Positions 1-9,927 of a stretch of DNA of 42,691 bases are shown here, piece after piece. The notes beneath the pieces are model-generated. The model was given only the letters and a program-made list of their open reading frames with translations, did not search any database and was not told the DNA's origin. The stretch's first letter is position 1. Each line of letters begins with the position of its first letter. The position numbers and the translations under genes are program-made. The DNA is from Octopus sinensis. Its lineage: Eukaryota. Location of the stretch: assembly GCF_006345805.1 (NCBI RefSeq), contig NW_021834879.1:1-42691 (forward strand), read 5' to 3'.

Positions 1-14
1 GTAGAGTAGTACAA

Positions 15-189
15 TGTTTTCATGCTCCTTCATTTTATTAAACACTAAGTATTACATCAGTTTTAAAATGTCGAGCAATCTTCAGCCACATATAGAATTT
101 TCCAATTAAACGTGTGGCTGAATATTGCTCGACATTTTAAAACTGATGTAATGCTTACAATGTTTAATAAAATGAAGTAGCATGAAACA
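15..189. repeat. Fold-back inverted repeat (~75-bp arms, 22-nt loop)
   Basis: 15-90 pairs with 113-189. Confidence 0.9.
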
Positions 190-408
190 ATTGGATATCC
201 TTGTTGCTCATTTTGATTATAATCACCCCGTTTGATTTATATGGAGAATACCATACAAATTTCTGGTGCCTTTAACTTAAGTACCATATTCATCTGAATC
301 TAAATTTTGCTGAACTTACATATACATACATATATATATATATATACATATATAATACATAATATATATATATATGCATAAATATATATATATATATATA
401 TTATTACA

Positions 409-463
<55 letters not shown>

Positions 464-507
464 ATATAATATATATATATATATGCTTTTGTGTGGCTTG
501 TGGGTAT

Positions 508-645
508 GTGTAGCAGGGGTTATATGAGTCTTGCATTTATGTTCATAAGATTGTGGTTTCAATTCCTGGATCGGTGACGTGTTGTGTTCTTCTGGAAAAG
601 ACTTAATTTCATGTTGCTTACAGTTCACCGAGATGGTAAAATGGT
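508..645 (+). mobile_element. Old tRNA-derived SINE (family C), diverged
   Basis: B-box GGTTTCAATTCCTGGA followed by GTTGTGTTC..AAAGACTT..TTCATGTTGC. A similar copy lies at ~40735-40845. Confidence 0.5.
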
Positions 646-936
646 ATGTATGCCATTATTCATTTTATTTCAATATTCCTTTCCAATAGAGAAAGAACCG
701 GTTTCTAGCCTAGATCCAAGTCTCCTTCATTGGAATTTCAACATCAATAACAGGGTATTTTTGTAGTTGACGCTACTGGTGCTTACGTTGAAATATGAAA
801 ATTTACTTCCATTTTCCCATGTAATAAAGAACATGCATCATTTGTTTCAATAAATTTGTAAAAAGAATATGGATTTTATCACCAATTTTCAATGCGTACT
901 TGCTTTCACCCACCATGTGTATGTACTATATATATA

Positions 937-981
<45 letters not shown>

Positions 982-1052
982 ATATATATATAGATAGATA
1001 GATAGATACATAAAACTTACTTAAAGGTGGATGCGAGCGTTCTATCATATAA

Positions 1053-1404
1053 TAAAATAATAAATAAAACATATGCATATATACATACATATATGTACGT
1101 ACCTGCACCTATATGTATATATACATGCATATATAGGTACAGGACACCAAAAAAACGTCGAACACAATGAGAAACGGAAACATAAAAACAAAACATGGAC
1201 ATTTTTCTTAAACAACGAAAAAACAGCGTACAAGACATACAACACAAGGAACATTCCCCTTCTTCAGCCGCCTCTGTTTCATCTACTCTGTGTTTTGAAG
1301 GTAGTTTTTTTGGTGTCCTGTACCCATATATGCATGTATATATACATATAGATGTAGTTACGTACATATATGTATGTATATATGCATGTTTTATTTATTA
1401 TTTT
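1053..1404. repeat. Inverted repeat (~100-bp arms, ~150-bp spacer)
   Basis: 1053-1155 pairs with 1305-1404. Confidence 0.85.
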
Positions 1405-1519
1405 GTTGTTTTATATATATATATATATATATATCTCCTGTCTTTGAAAAAAACCTTTCTTCACCCATTTCCTTCCGGTCTTTCAAAATGTGACCGCGTG
1501 TGTACCGTTGGCGATTTTT

Positions 1520-1675
1520 TTCCCTCTGTCTTCCCTTCTCTTGTTTCCGACGAAGAGCTCCGCTCGAAACGTTAAACCCTCCTTCTTCCCTTTTTTCCTC
1601 AGCGTCCAATAATACTATATTTGTTCCACGTCCTCGCGTTGTTGTGTTTTTTGTGCTTTCTTGTTTGGATTGACT
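1520..1675 (+). mobile_element. Penelope-like pseudo-LTR remnant (family P1), between TA tracts
   Basis: About 150 bp shared with 6285-6455 and 36578-36755 (both reverse). Carries a minimal hammerhead motif, a known feature of PLE pLTRs. Confidence 0.7.
1543..1577 (+). ncRNA. Minimal type I hammerhead ribozyme-like motif (U4C core variant)
   Basis: GUUU-CCGACGA-A-GAGC(UCC)GCUC-GAA-ACGU-U-AAAC: stem I GUUU/AAAC, stem II GAGC/GCUC, loopless palindromic stem III ACGU, GUU triplet. Confidence 0.6.
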
Positions 1676-1707
1676 TTATATATATAAAATATATATTATA
1701 TATATGT

Positions 1708-1890
1708 ATAACAATTAAAAAAAAATTCGTATAAAGATATCATAACCAAGTATAAAAATGGAGAAAATATGTTAAAATCAAATTGAATTTAATTTTGTAT
1801 TAAATTCAATTTTGATTTTAACATATTTTCTCCATTCTTATACTTGTTTATGGTATTTTTATACCTATAACAAATTTTTTCAATTGTTAT
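1708..1890. repeat. AT-rich fold-back hairpin
   Basis: 1708-1792 pairs with 1800-1890. Confidence 0.85.
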
Positions 1891-2476
1891 TTTCATATTT
1901 TCTTAATACTTGCTCTGGGTGATTTTTATGAAAATGACGAATTTTTTTATTGGAAATTATTTTTTTCCTCTCTTTTCGAATTCTTCCAAAAGTTTGAATT
2001 GTTCTTTCTTAAACTTATTTTCCCTCATATATATATATATATATATAACTAATGTAGGATAAAATTTTTTTCGGGAAAAAATTTATCAATGGCCAGCATA
2101 TCAAAAAATACCTTTAACGGTTAGATTTTAAAATTATTTATATATATATATATATATAATATATATATATATATCTCTATATATATATACCAAGGTCGAA
2201 GGGTCTAGGTATGCAATGCATGCACAGCATACCTTACTATTTTCCCACGATAAATAATTTTTGTGTAATTATATAATTGAACATTTTCAGTCATATTTAC
2301 TTATATTTCGCATCCTTTCATTTCCTAGTATAAATTGTAAACAGTCGATATTCTTTAACAAGTGTAAATAGTGAAAGCTCCTATTTGCTTTGCAAGAATT
2401 GAAGGAAAGCTGTGAATTACTTGCTTTCCTGTTCTTTTGAGAAGGGAGTACCAATAAGAAGGGCAAAACAAAACAT

Positions 2477-2825
2477 GTGGTCAACAGAGGGAAAGGCGAA
2501 TTTTTCTGCTTTCTTTCCGTCATAGTCAGTAAGAGAAATGTTATTAGTCTCTTCGCATTCTATTTTTCTCTACGAGAATGGAGCGTCAAAAGGAAAAACA
2601 AAAAAAACGGGTGAGTGGTCAACGGAAACAAAGGCCAAAGAAAGCAAATTTTTTAATGTTTGCTTTTAGTCATAAGAGTAAAAGTTGTGGTGTTATTTTC
2701 TTTGCACCCTATTATTTTCGCGAAGGGACCGTCAAAAAGAGGAACAAAGCAAAAAAAAAAAAAATGAGTGAGTGGTCAAGAAAAAATAAGAGAGAGAAAG
2801 CAGATATTTTATTGTTTTCCTTCTA
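2477..2825 (+). repeat. Degenerate tandem repeat, ~140-155 bp unit, about 2.3 copies
   Basis: GTGGTCAA at 2477, 2615 and 2772, with collinear GTCATA, CGTCAAAA and A-tract-GTGA motifs. Confidence 0.65.
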
Positions 2826-3540
2826 GCCGTGTTAAGCCAGCAGACATCATGAGACCCTAGAGTTTTGTTGATTATTTCACACATGGAGCGAAAAGAAGAA
2901 ACCGGCAGTTTCGTATGTGTGTGCGCGAGTGTGCGCGTTCGAGCGTGGTGTGTGTGTGTGTGTATGTATTATATGATGCATATACGACTGAATAAGCACC
3001 AGCCTTAAACAGCGAGTACTGGTGTGAATTGGTTTGACGAAACCATTGGAGGCAGCTCGCCATCATGTCTGTCTTTCAGTGATCCAAGCATAAAAGAAAA
3101 TAAATAAAAGATGAAAGCTAAGAAGTGCAACTGTTGCATAATTTATAGATTCAAGGTGTCTAAAGTTTTAAGTGATGAACGGTGGTTCAACATTTAACAA
3201 TGCTTCCATCTTGGATCACTTGAATCGGTTCACATACATCTGGGAAATACTGAGAAGGAAGCATTAGAATGTATTTGGTTTGGCTTTGAATATTTCTGTA
3301 TGTTAATATTCTCGAACCAATTCCATTGCCTCAGGAATACAGAGCAATGTTGAAATATATTGCAGTCTAGAGGCAGTAATTTTTATTGGAATGAAAGCAT
3401 GAAAATATCAAATCTTTACTTTCTTCAACGTGATTCAAATGTTTGTGTTGATGTGTGTAGACACGCACAGTTATGGATGCGTGGAAGAAAATAGTGTTTC
3501 AGTTTCAATATTACCATGTGGAATAATATGCAGTAATCTT

Positions 3541-4384
3541 ATAAGGCGATGGAGCTGGCAGAAACGTTAGCACACCGGGCGAAATGCTTAGCGGTATTTC
3601 GTCTGCCGCTACGTTCTGAGTTCAAATTCCGCCGAGGTTGACTTTGCTTTTCATTCTTTCGAGGTCGATTAAATAAGTACCAGCTACGCACTGGGGTCGA
3701 TATAATCGACTTAATCCATTTGTCTGTCCTTGTTTGTCCTCTGTGTTTATCTCCTTGTGAGTAGTAGAGAAATAGGTATTTCGTCTGTCTTTATATTCTG
3801 AGTTCAAATTCCGCCGAAGTCGACTTTGCCTTTCATCCTTTCGGGATCGATAAATTAAGTACCAGTTGCGTACTGGGGTCGATCTACTTGACTGGACCCC
3901 ACCCTCAAAATTTCGAGCCTTGTGCCTAGAATAGTAACGAATATTTAAAGAACCAAAGTCGGCAAGCTGGCAGAAACGTTAGCACGCCGGGTGAAATGCT
4001 TAGAGGTATTTCGTCTGCCGTTAGGTTGTGAGTTCAAATTCCGCCGAGGTCGACTTTGCCTTTCATCCTTTTGGGGTCGATAAATTAAGTTCCAGTTACG
4101 CACTGGGGTCGATGTCATCGACTTAATTCCTTTGTCTGTCCTTGTTTGTCCCCTCTATGTTTACCCCCTTGTGGGCAATAAAAAACAAGAAACGTTAGCA
4201 CGCTGGGCGAAATCCTTAACAGTATTTCGACTGTCTTCACTTTCCGAGTTCAAATTGCGCCAAGGTCGACTTTGTTTTCAACCTTTGGGGCTTGATAAAT
4301 TAAGTACCAGTTGCCTACTGGGGTCGATCTATTCGACTGGTCACCTCCCCCAAAATATCGGGCCTTATGCCTAGAGTAGAAAAG
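3541..4384 (+). mobile_element. Four tandem units of tRNA-derived SINE family A, bounded by a 16-bp TSD
   Basis: Box A/B-like AGCTGGCAGAAACG / GAGTTCAAATTCC. Core GTCGACTTTGCCTTTCATCCTTTCGGGGTCGATAAATTAAGTACCAG repeated four times. AATATGCAGTAATCTT at 3525-3540 and 4385-4400. Confidence 0.9.
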
Positions 4385-4431
4385 AATATGCAGTAATCTT
4401 CTGTTATAGATTGAGACTGAACAAAACTTTG

Positions 4432-4590
4432 CGAAAGGCTGTTGTGTGCTAAAAAGTTTGTTTGCCAATCACATGATTTTAGGTTCAATCCCACAGCGTG
4501 GTACATTGCCCAAGTATTTTCTACTATAGCCTGAGGCCGACTAAAGTCGTGTGAGTGGATTGGGTGGGCGTTAGTGCCTGCTGTATATTC
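4432..4590 (+). mobile_element. SINE family B, diverged 5' half
   Basis: GGTTCAATCCCACAGCGTGG..CAAGTATTTTCTACTATAGCC..GGCCGACTAAAG..GTGAGTGGATT. Confidence 0.7.
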
Positions 4591-5864
4591 AGATATTTTA
4601 TATTGAAAAACTAAGGTAAATTTAATTTTCCATTTCATCTAATTAAATTCCAATTTCATATTCTTAAGTTTCTTGACATGATATTCTTTAATACACACAC
4701 ACATATATATATGTTTATGTATATTTATGTATGTATATAAATACATGTATGTATGTATGTATGTTTATATATATATATATATATACACATATATATGCAT
4801 ATATATATGTACATATATGCATGTGTGTATATTTGTATATATACATTCATATATATATATATACATATCTATGTTTATATATATGCATATATGTATATAT
4901 GTGTATATATGCATGTATATATTGAAATTATATATTATAGTCTCTGACTATTTTCTCTTTCTCACTAGACCGCTGGTGGCAAAAAACTTTCTATTGAATT
5001 TTTGCTACCCTTATATTGATTAATATATATATATGAATAATATACATATCTATAACTATATATGTATAAATATATATACATACATATATATACACATATT
5101 TATGCATATACACACACATATATATACGTAAGTATATATGTATATGTATACAGACATACACACACACACAAGTGCGCACACACGCATACACATAAACACA
5201 CGCGCACACACATGCACACACACATAGCCGCAAAACAATAGCGAAAAGAAATTCTGAAGTGAAAATCATACACTGAAGGTCGTAAAATTAAAATTCAATT
5301 AAAATTCATTTAAAAGTTGTGTGTAAAATAAAATTATATTACAATTGCATTCAAGGACTCTGTTTAACAGCCTTAAAATTAAATTAACATTCAATACTCA
5401 CTATATAATGATTAAAATTCAATTACAATTAAAAAAATTTGTATCGTAAAATATTTTGAATAACAGAAAACCCACTCCGGTATAAATTAGCTACCGTTTA
5501 TGATTAGCTGCCACGAGCAAGCGAGAATGGCCTGGCAGATTGTTCTACGCTTCATAGAACCGCCTACACTCCATCCGGCGAAACATTGAGGCTAGATGAA
5601 GATAGGGCTCTACCGTGTGATACAGCTCTTTCTTCGATTGATTCAATTCAATTCATAATTAATTTTCATTAATTAAATAAAAAAATTAATTACTGCCTTG
5701 CTGCCAAGGACATACGCACCTCCCACTCTAGAAAGAGAAAGCATATCTTGTGATTGAGTTACTCCCAAAGTCTTGGCCATTAAGCTACGTATCCCGCAGT
5801 ACAATGAATATTTCAACTTATCAGTATTTTATTTCTACGATAGTCAGCATAAGCCTTTGTACTA

Positions 5865-6045
5865 TAGGTAGGGCCTGACATTTTGGGGTGGGGTATAGTC
5901 GATTACATCGAGCCCAGTAACTAAAATAGTACTTGATTTATCGACCACAAAAGGATGAAAGGTAAAGTCCACCTTGGTTGAATTCGAACTCCGAACGTAA
6001 AAGCGGACGAAATGTTGCTAAGAGTTTTGCCCGGCGTGCTCAAGA
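5865..6045 (-). mobile_element. SINE family A, diverged copy
   Basis: Reverse complement of the family A core and B box (TTTATCGACC..AAAGGATGAAAGG..AAGTC.ACCTTGG..GAATTCGAACTC). Confidence 0.75.
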
Positions 6046-6071
6046 TTATTTACATTATTAACATTTGATCG

Positions 6072-6150
6072 ATATTTGTCCTCATCTTGTTTGTTGTTAA
6101 CACAACAGCCGAAACGTTGTGGTTACAACAAACAAGGTGAGAGCAAATAT
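6072..6150. repeat. Hairpin with AGCCGAAAC loop
   Basis: 6072-6106 pairs with 6116-6150. Confidence 0.85.
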
Positions 6151-6284
6151 CCGTCAAATGTAAATGATGTAAATAATGTAAATAATATATATGGCGGTGC
6201 CCCAGCATGGCCACAGCTAATGAGCTGAAACTGTAAAAATCAAAATCAAAACCAAAATCATATATATATATATATATATATAGT

Positions 6285-6453
6285 TAATCCAAACAAGAAA
6301 ACACAAAAAAACACAACAACGCGAGGACGTGGAATAAATATAGTATTATTGGACGCTCAGGAAAGAAGGGAAGAAGGAGGGTTTAACGTTTCGAGCGGAG
6401 CTCTTCGTCGGAAACATAGGAGAAGGGAAGATCCCGAGAAGGGAAGACAGAGG

Positions 6454-6455
<2 letters not shown>
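6285..6455 (-). mobile_element. Penelope-like pLTR remnant (family P1)
   Basis: Reverse complement of 1520-1675, with (TA)n on both sides. Confidence 0.7.
6381..6415 (-). ncRNA. Minimal type I hammerhead-like motif, identical to 1543-1577
   Basis: Exact 35-nt reverse complement. Confidence 0.6.
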
Positions 6456-6534
<79 letters not shown>

Positions 6535-6559
6535 TGCATATATACATATATATTTGTAT

Positions 6560-6665
6560 GTGTATTTTTGTGTCTGTATTTGTCCCCCCTCCGCCCTCGC
6601 CATCACTTGACAACCGATGTTGGTGTGTTTATGTCCCCAAAACGTAGCGGTAAAATATGTAAGAG
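6560..6665 (+). mobile_element. SINE family B, internal fragment
   Basis: GTGTCTGTATTTGTCCCCC..CACTTGACAACCGATGTTGGTGTGTTTATGTCCCC. Confidence 0.7.
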
Positions 6666-7270
6666 GATATGAAAAGATAAAAATAAGGTATTGTATTACT
6701 TGGCATAAGATGTTTAATGCTTCTATAATATTTCGGGAAAGAAAACCCTTCTCAAATATGTTAGAAAAAAAAAATGAAAATCCAAGAGTTCGGAGAAGTA
6801 TTATTACTGGCGGGTTAGTCTGGAATTTTGGGCATGCAGCATACCAGAATGGGCCGGTGACGAAAACACTTGCGTTTATTTAAAGAATTGTGAATCATTT
6901 GTGTCGTATAATTAAAACCGTTTTTAATCTGTGATCTACGTTGAATAAAACGTCTGTCAAGATAAAAATGCAACGGGAGTAGAATCAGCTTGAATGCTTC
7001 AGTCAAAGACAGCTGGAGATACGGGAAAGAGTGTGGGGTTTCACCATTGAGGGAACCAATATGCTGACAGTGTGATATCATTCCAAAGTAATTTTCAATT
7101 AATGAGATTAATTGTTTTTCACTTGCATATTAAAGTAACTCATTCGTTGACGATAGAATGCAAGTAAACATTTATACGCACCACACCTCAGCAACTATCT
7201 GCAAGCATGCGCACACATATGTTTCTTTAATTTCATTAGTATACGTATGAATGCTTGCATGAATGAATGA

Positions 7271-7455
7271 ATGTATGTATCTATATACCTATATCCATAT
7301 CTAATCTATCTATCATCTATCTATCTATCATCTATCTATAATCTATCTATCTATCATTATCTATCTATCATCTATCTACTATCTATCTATCTATCTATCT
7401 ATCTATGCATCTATCTATCTATCTATCTATCATCTATCTATCTATCTATCTATCA

Positions 7456-7497
<42 letters not shown>

Positions 7498-7500
7498 CTA
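7271..7500. repeat. (TATC)n microsatellite, left flank of the Tx1 element
   Basis: Direct reading. Confidence 0.97.
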
Positions 7501-7715
7501 TTGACGGATGTGATGTCGTTTCAGCTCCGAAGGTAATCATTTATTTTGACTATTAAAAGTGTATATTGACAAACATTTTGTGCTTAAAAGTTGTGCAACA
7601 ACATCCACTGTAAACCTTTGATAAATATCGACAAAAATTTTGCCCCTTGTGGGCAAAATTTAAAAGAAAAAACTCTCATAGCCTTCGTGTTTCATTTAGC
7701 CATTTTATTTCCAAA

Positions 7716-9885
7716 ATGGCCACTGGCCACCACGAGGCTGAGGTGCAAGTCAAGCGTGACGCACAAACAGAAAAACAGGATGCTCTGTTAGCATACGCCG
7801 AACCTGACAAACTCCACCACCATCAACAGCAACAAATACAAAACAAAGGTCGCAAGGCCAAGCACCGTCAAACACCATCAGTGAGTCCACCACCACCACC
7901 AACACCATGGCAGAATCTGCTACTAAAACTGCTATCCCTACTAAAGATATCGCCACCAATAACAACACCAACATCACCATCACCGCCACCAAAGACCGTG
8001 CCGTCAATGCTACTAATACTACCAACACCACCGCCGTCACCAAGAACGACAATAACAACAACAACAACAACAACGACGACGACAACAACAATTCCCTTCA
8101 ACCACTGCTCACTCCATCACCAACAAGTGAAAAAATAACGACGACAAGCAAACGAAATGTCGAAATTTGCCCTAGTGCAGGACTAAAGTACGCAGGCAAT
8201 TTTCCACCCTTCCTACTTGCACACGACCGAACCAAACACACCAATTTTACAAACTGCAGCCAACAACAACATCACCACAAGCAACAACAATAACAAAACA
8301 ACAACAAATTTCGCTGAGGCGATTAAAGAAAAAAAAACAACAACAATACTTTACGGCTCAACAAATACAGGACACGAACATCAAAATAACAGAATCAGAA
8401 GGTAGTAAAAATAAACATACCAGAAGATATTTTGGAAAATGAAAAAAGACGAACAATCATTTATAAAATAGTTAACAAAAAAACAAAAATCCCAGAGAAG
8501 GCCAACACAAGCAAAATAGAGAAGTGCTTGAAACCCATCTGGGATCACAAAGAATATGTAACCTGGTGGAACAAATTTGCCCACATACAAGTTGTTTTCT
8601 ACACCGAAGAGTTAGCTAGACATTTCTCAACGCTAACTCTTCACTCAGATGAACTCCAACTTACACCAAGCTATCGGGGACAGAAAGTGACTAAGATCAC
8701 TCTAAACAATGTCCCCAAAATAGCCAATAGTCTATGGCTTGTAAAGGCCTTATGCGTAAAAAATAGCGAATTATACTATTTGGAAACCACAGTCACAGAG
8801 CATAAAAACTGGGTGGGAAAAAAAATAGAATTTCTTCTACATATACATCATGAAGATATAAAAAAATACCCACCCAGATATGTGTATCAGACGACCACAA
8901 GTTATATGTGGTCGTCGATGGCAGAAGACCACGTTGCTACATATGCGGCAGTGAGCAACACCTCAAAAAAGACTGCAAATCTGCCGCAAGAAAACAAAAC
9001 AGCAACAACAACAGCAGCCGGAAACAAAAACAAATAAACAAGGTTTACTACCCCACACACTTTTTGCAGGAAGAACAAACCTCACCAAACAAACAACCAC
9101 ACCAACTGCAGCACCAAGAACAGAAGCAGCATCACCAACAACAACAACCAAGAATATACCAACTCCCAAACCAAGGACATCTGCCAAAAAGACACCCAGC
9201 AAAAATGAAGAAACAATTACAACTCCAAATCCCACAAAAATGAGACCCTAAACAACACAACAATACCCACAATCACTCAAACACAAAATACCCAAACCCC
9301 ACATCCAAAATCACATACACCACAACCAAAACGCTCACCAACCAACACCAACAACAAAACCAACACAGTCGACAATAGACCCCAATACTTTCCCTCTTCC
9401 AGACTCCGATTCGTCTGATCTGTCATTAGACGAAGAAGACACGGAAGATTGGCAAATAGCCACAGGGGGGAGAAGAAAAAGGGGAAAAAAAAGAAAAGAA
9501 AAAATAACAAACAAAGCGGGAAGATACACCACTCCCGAAACAAAAACATCCACAGAAAACACACACATCAACACAAACACACCATCATCAAACCCCCAAA
9601 AAATGTTGACAGCCATAAACACAAACAACCACGACCTAATGGAACACATTAGGTCAAACACTAACATTACTGAAAACGACATAAAAAACAAGTAACCACC
9701 CACACACAACACCACCACAACACATTAAAATAATACACGTGACACAGAACACATACAGCACCCTGAAATCTCTTTACCCTGATGCAGTAGGGAGATTTCA
9801 AAAGTACTCATCGAAAAAACTGTATAAAAGCCTCATAGAAGAAGACCGTGAGGTGAAAGACAAAGAACTTTCGAAAAACAAGTAA
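7716..9885 (+). pseudogene. Tx1-like ORF1 (Gag-like nucleic-acid-binding protein), frameshifted
   Basis: ATG at 7716, stop at 9883-9885. Stitched from ORFs 7647, 7907, 8217, 8432 and 8908. Zinc knuckle CYICGSEQHLKKDC at 8935-8976. Globular-looking segment ~8400-8900 between A/C-rich low-complexity arms. Confidence 0.75.
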
Positions 9886-9927
9886 CCTTTTCTCTCTCCT
9901 TTTCCTTTTTTGCACTTTTATCGGAAC

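Noticed and set aside
690-740. Hammerhead-like CCAATGAA...GAAACCGGT (minus), and the similar TTGAAAA-AGTC/GACT-GAAACCGGT at 35445-35475
   Set aside because: Catalytic G5 or G8 are absent. Probably PLE-derived but not supportable as ribozymes.
5545-5600. CGCC..GGCGAAAC hammerhead look-alike
   Set aside because: No CUGANGA core. At most a highly decayed relic.
6690-7085. Possible decayed coding sequence (…LEIRERVWGFTIEG…)
   Set aside because: Stops in all frames and no identifiable family.
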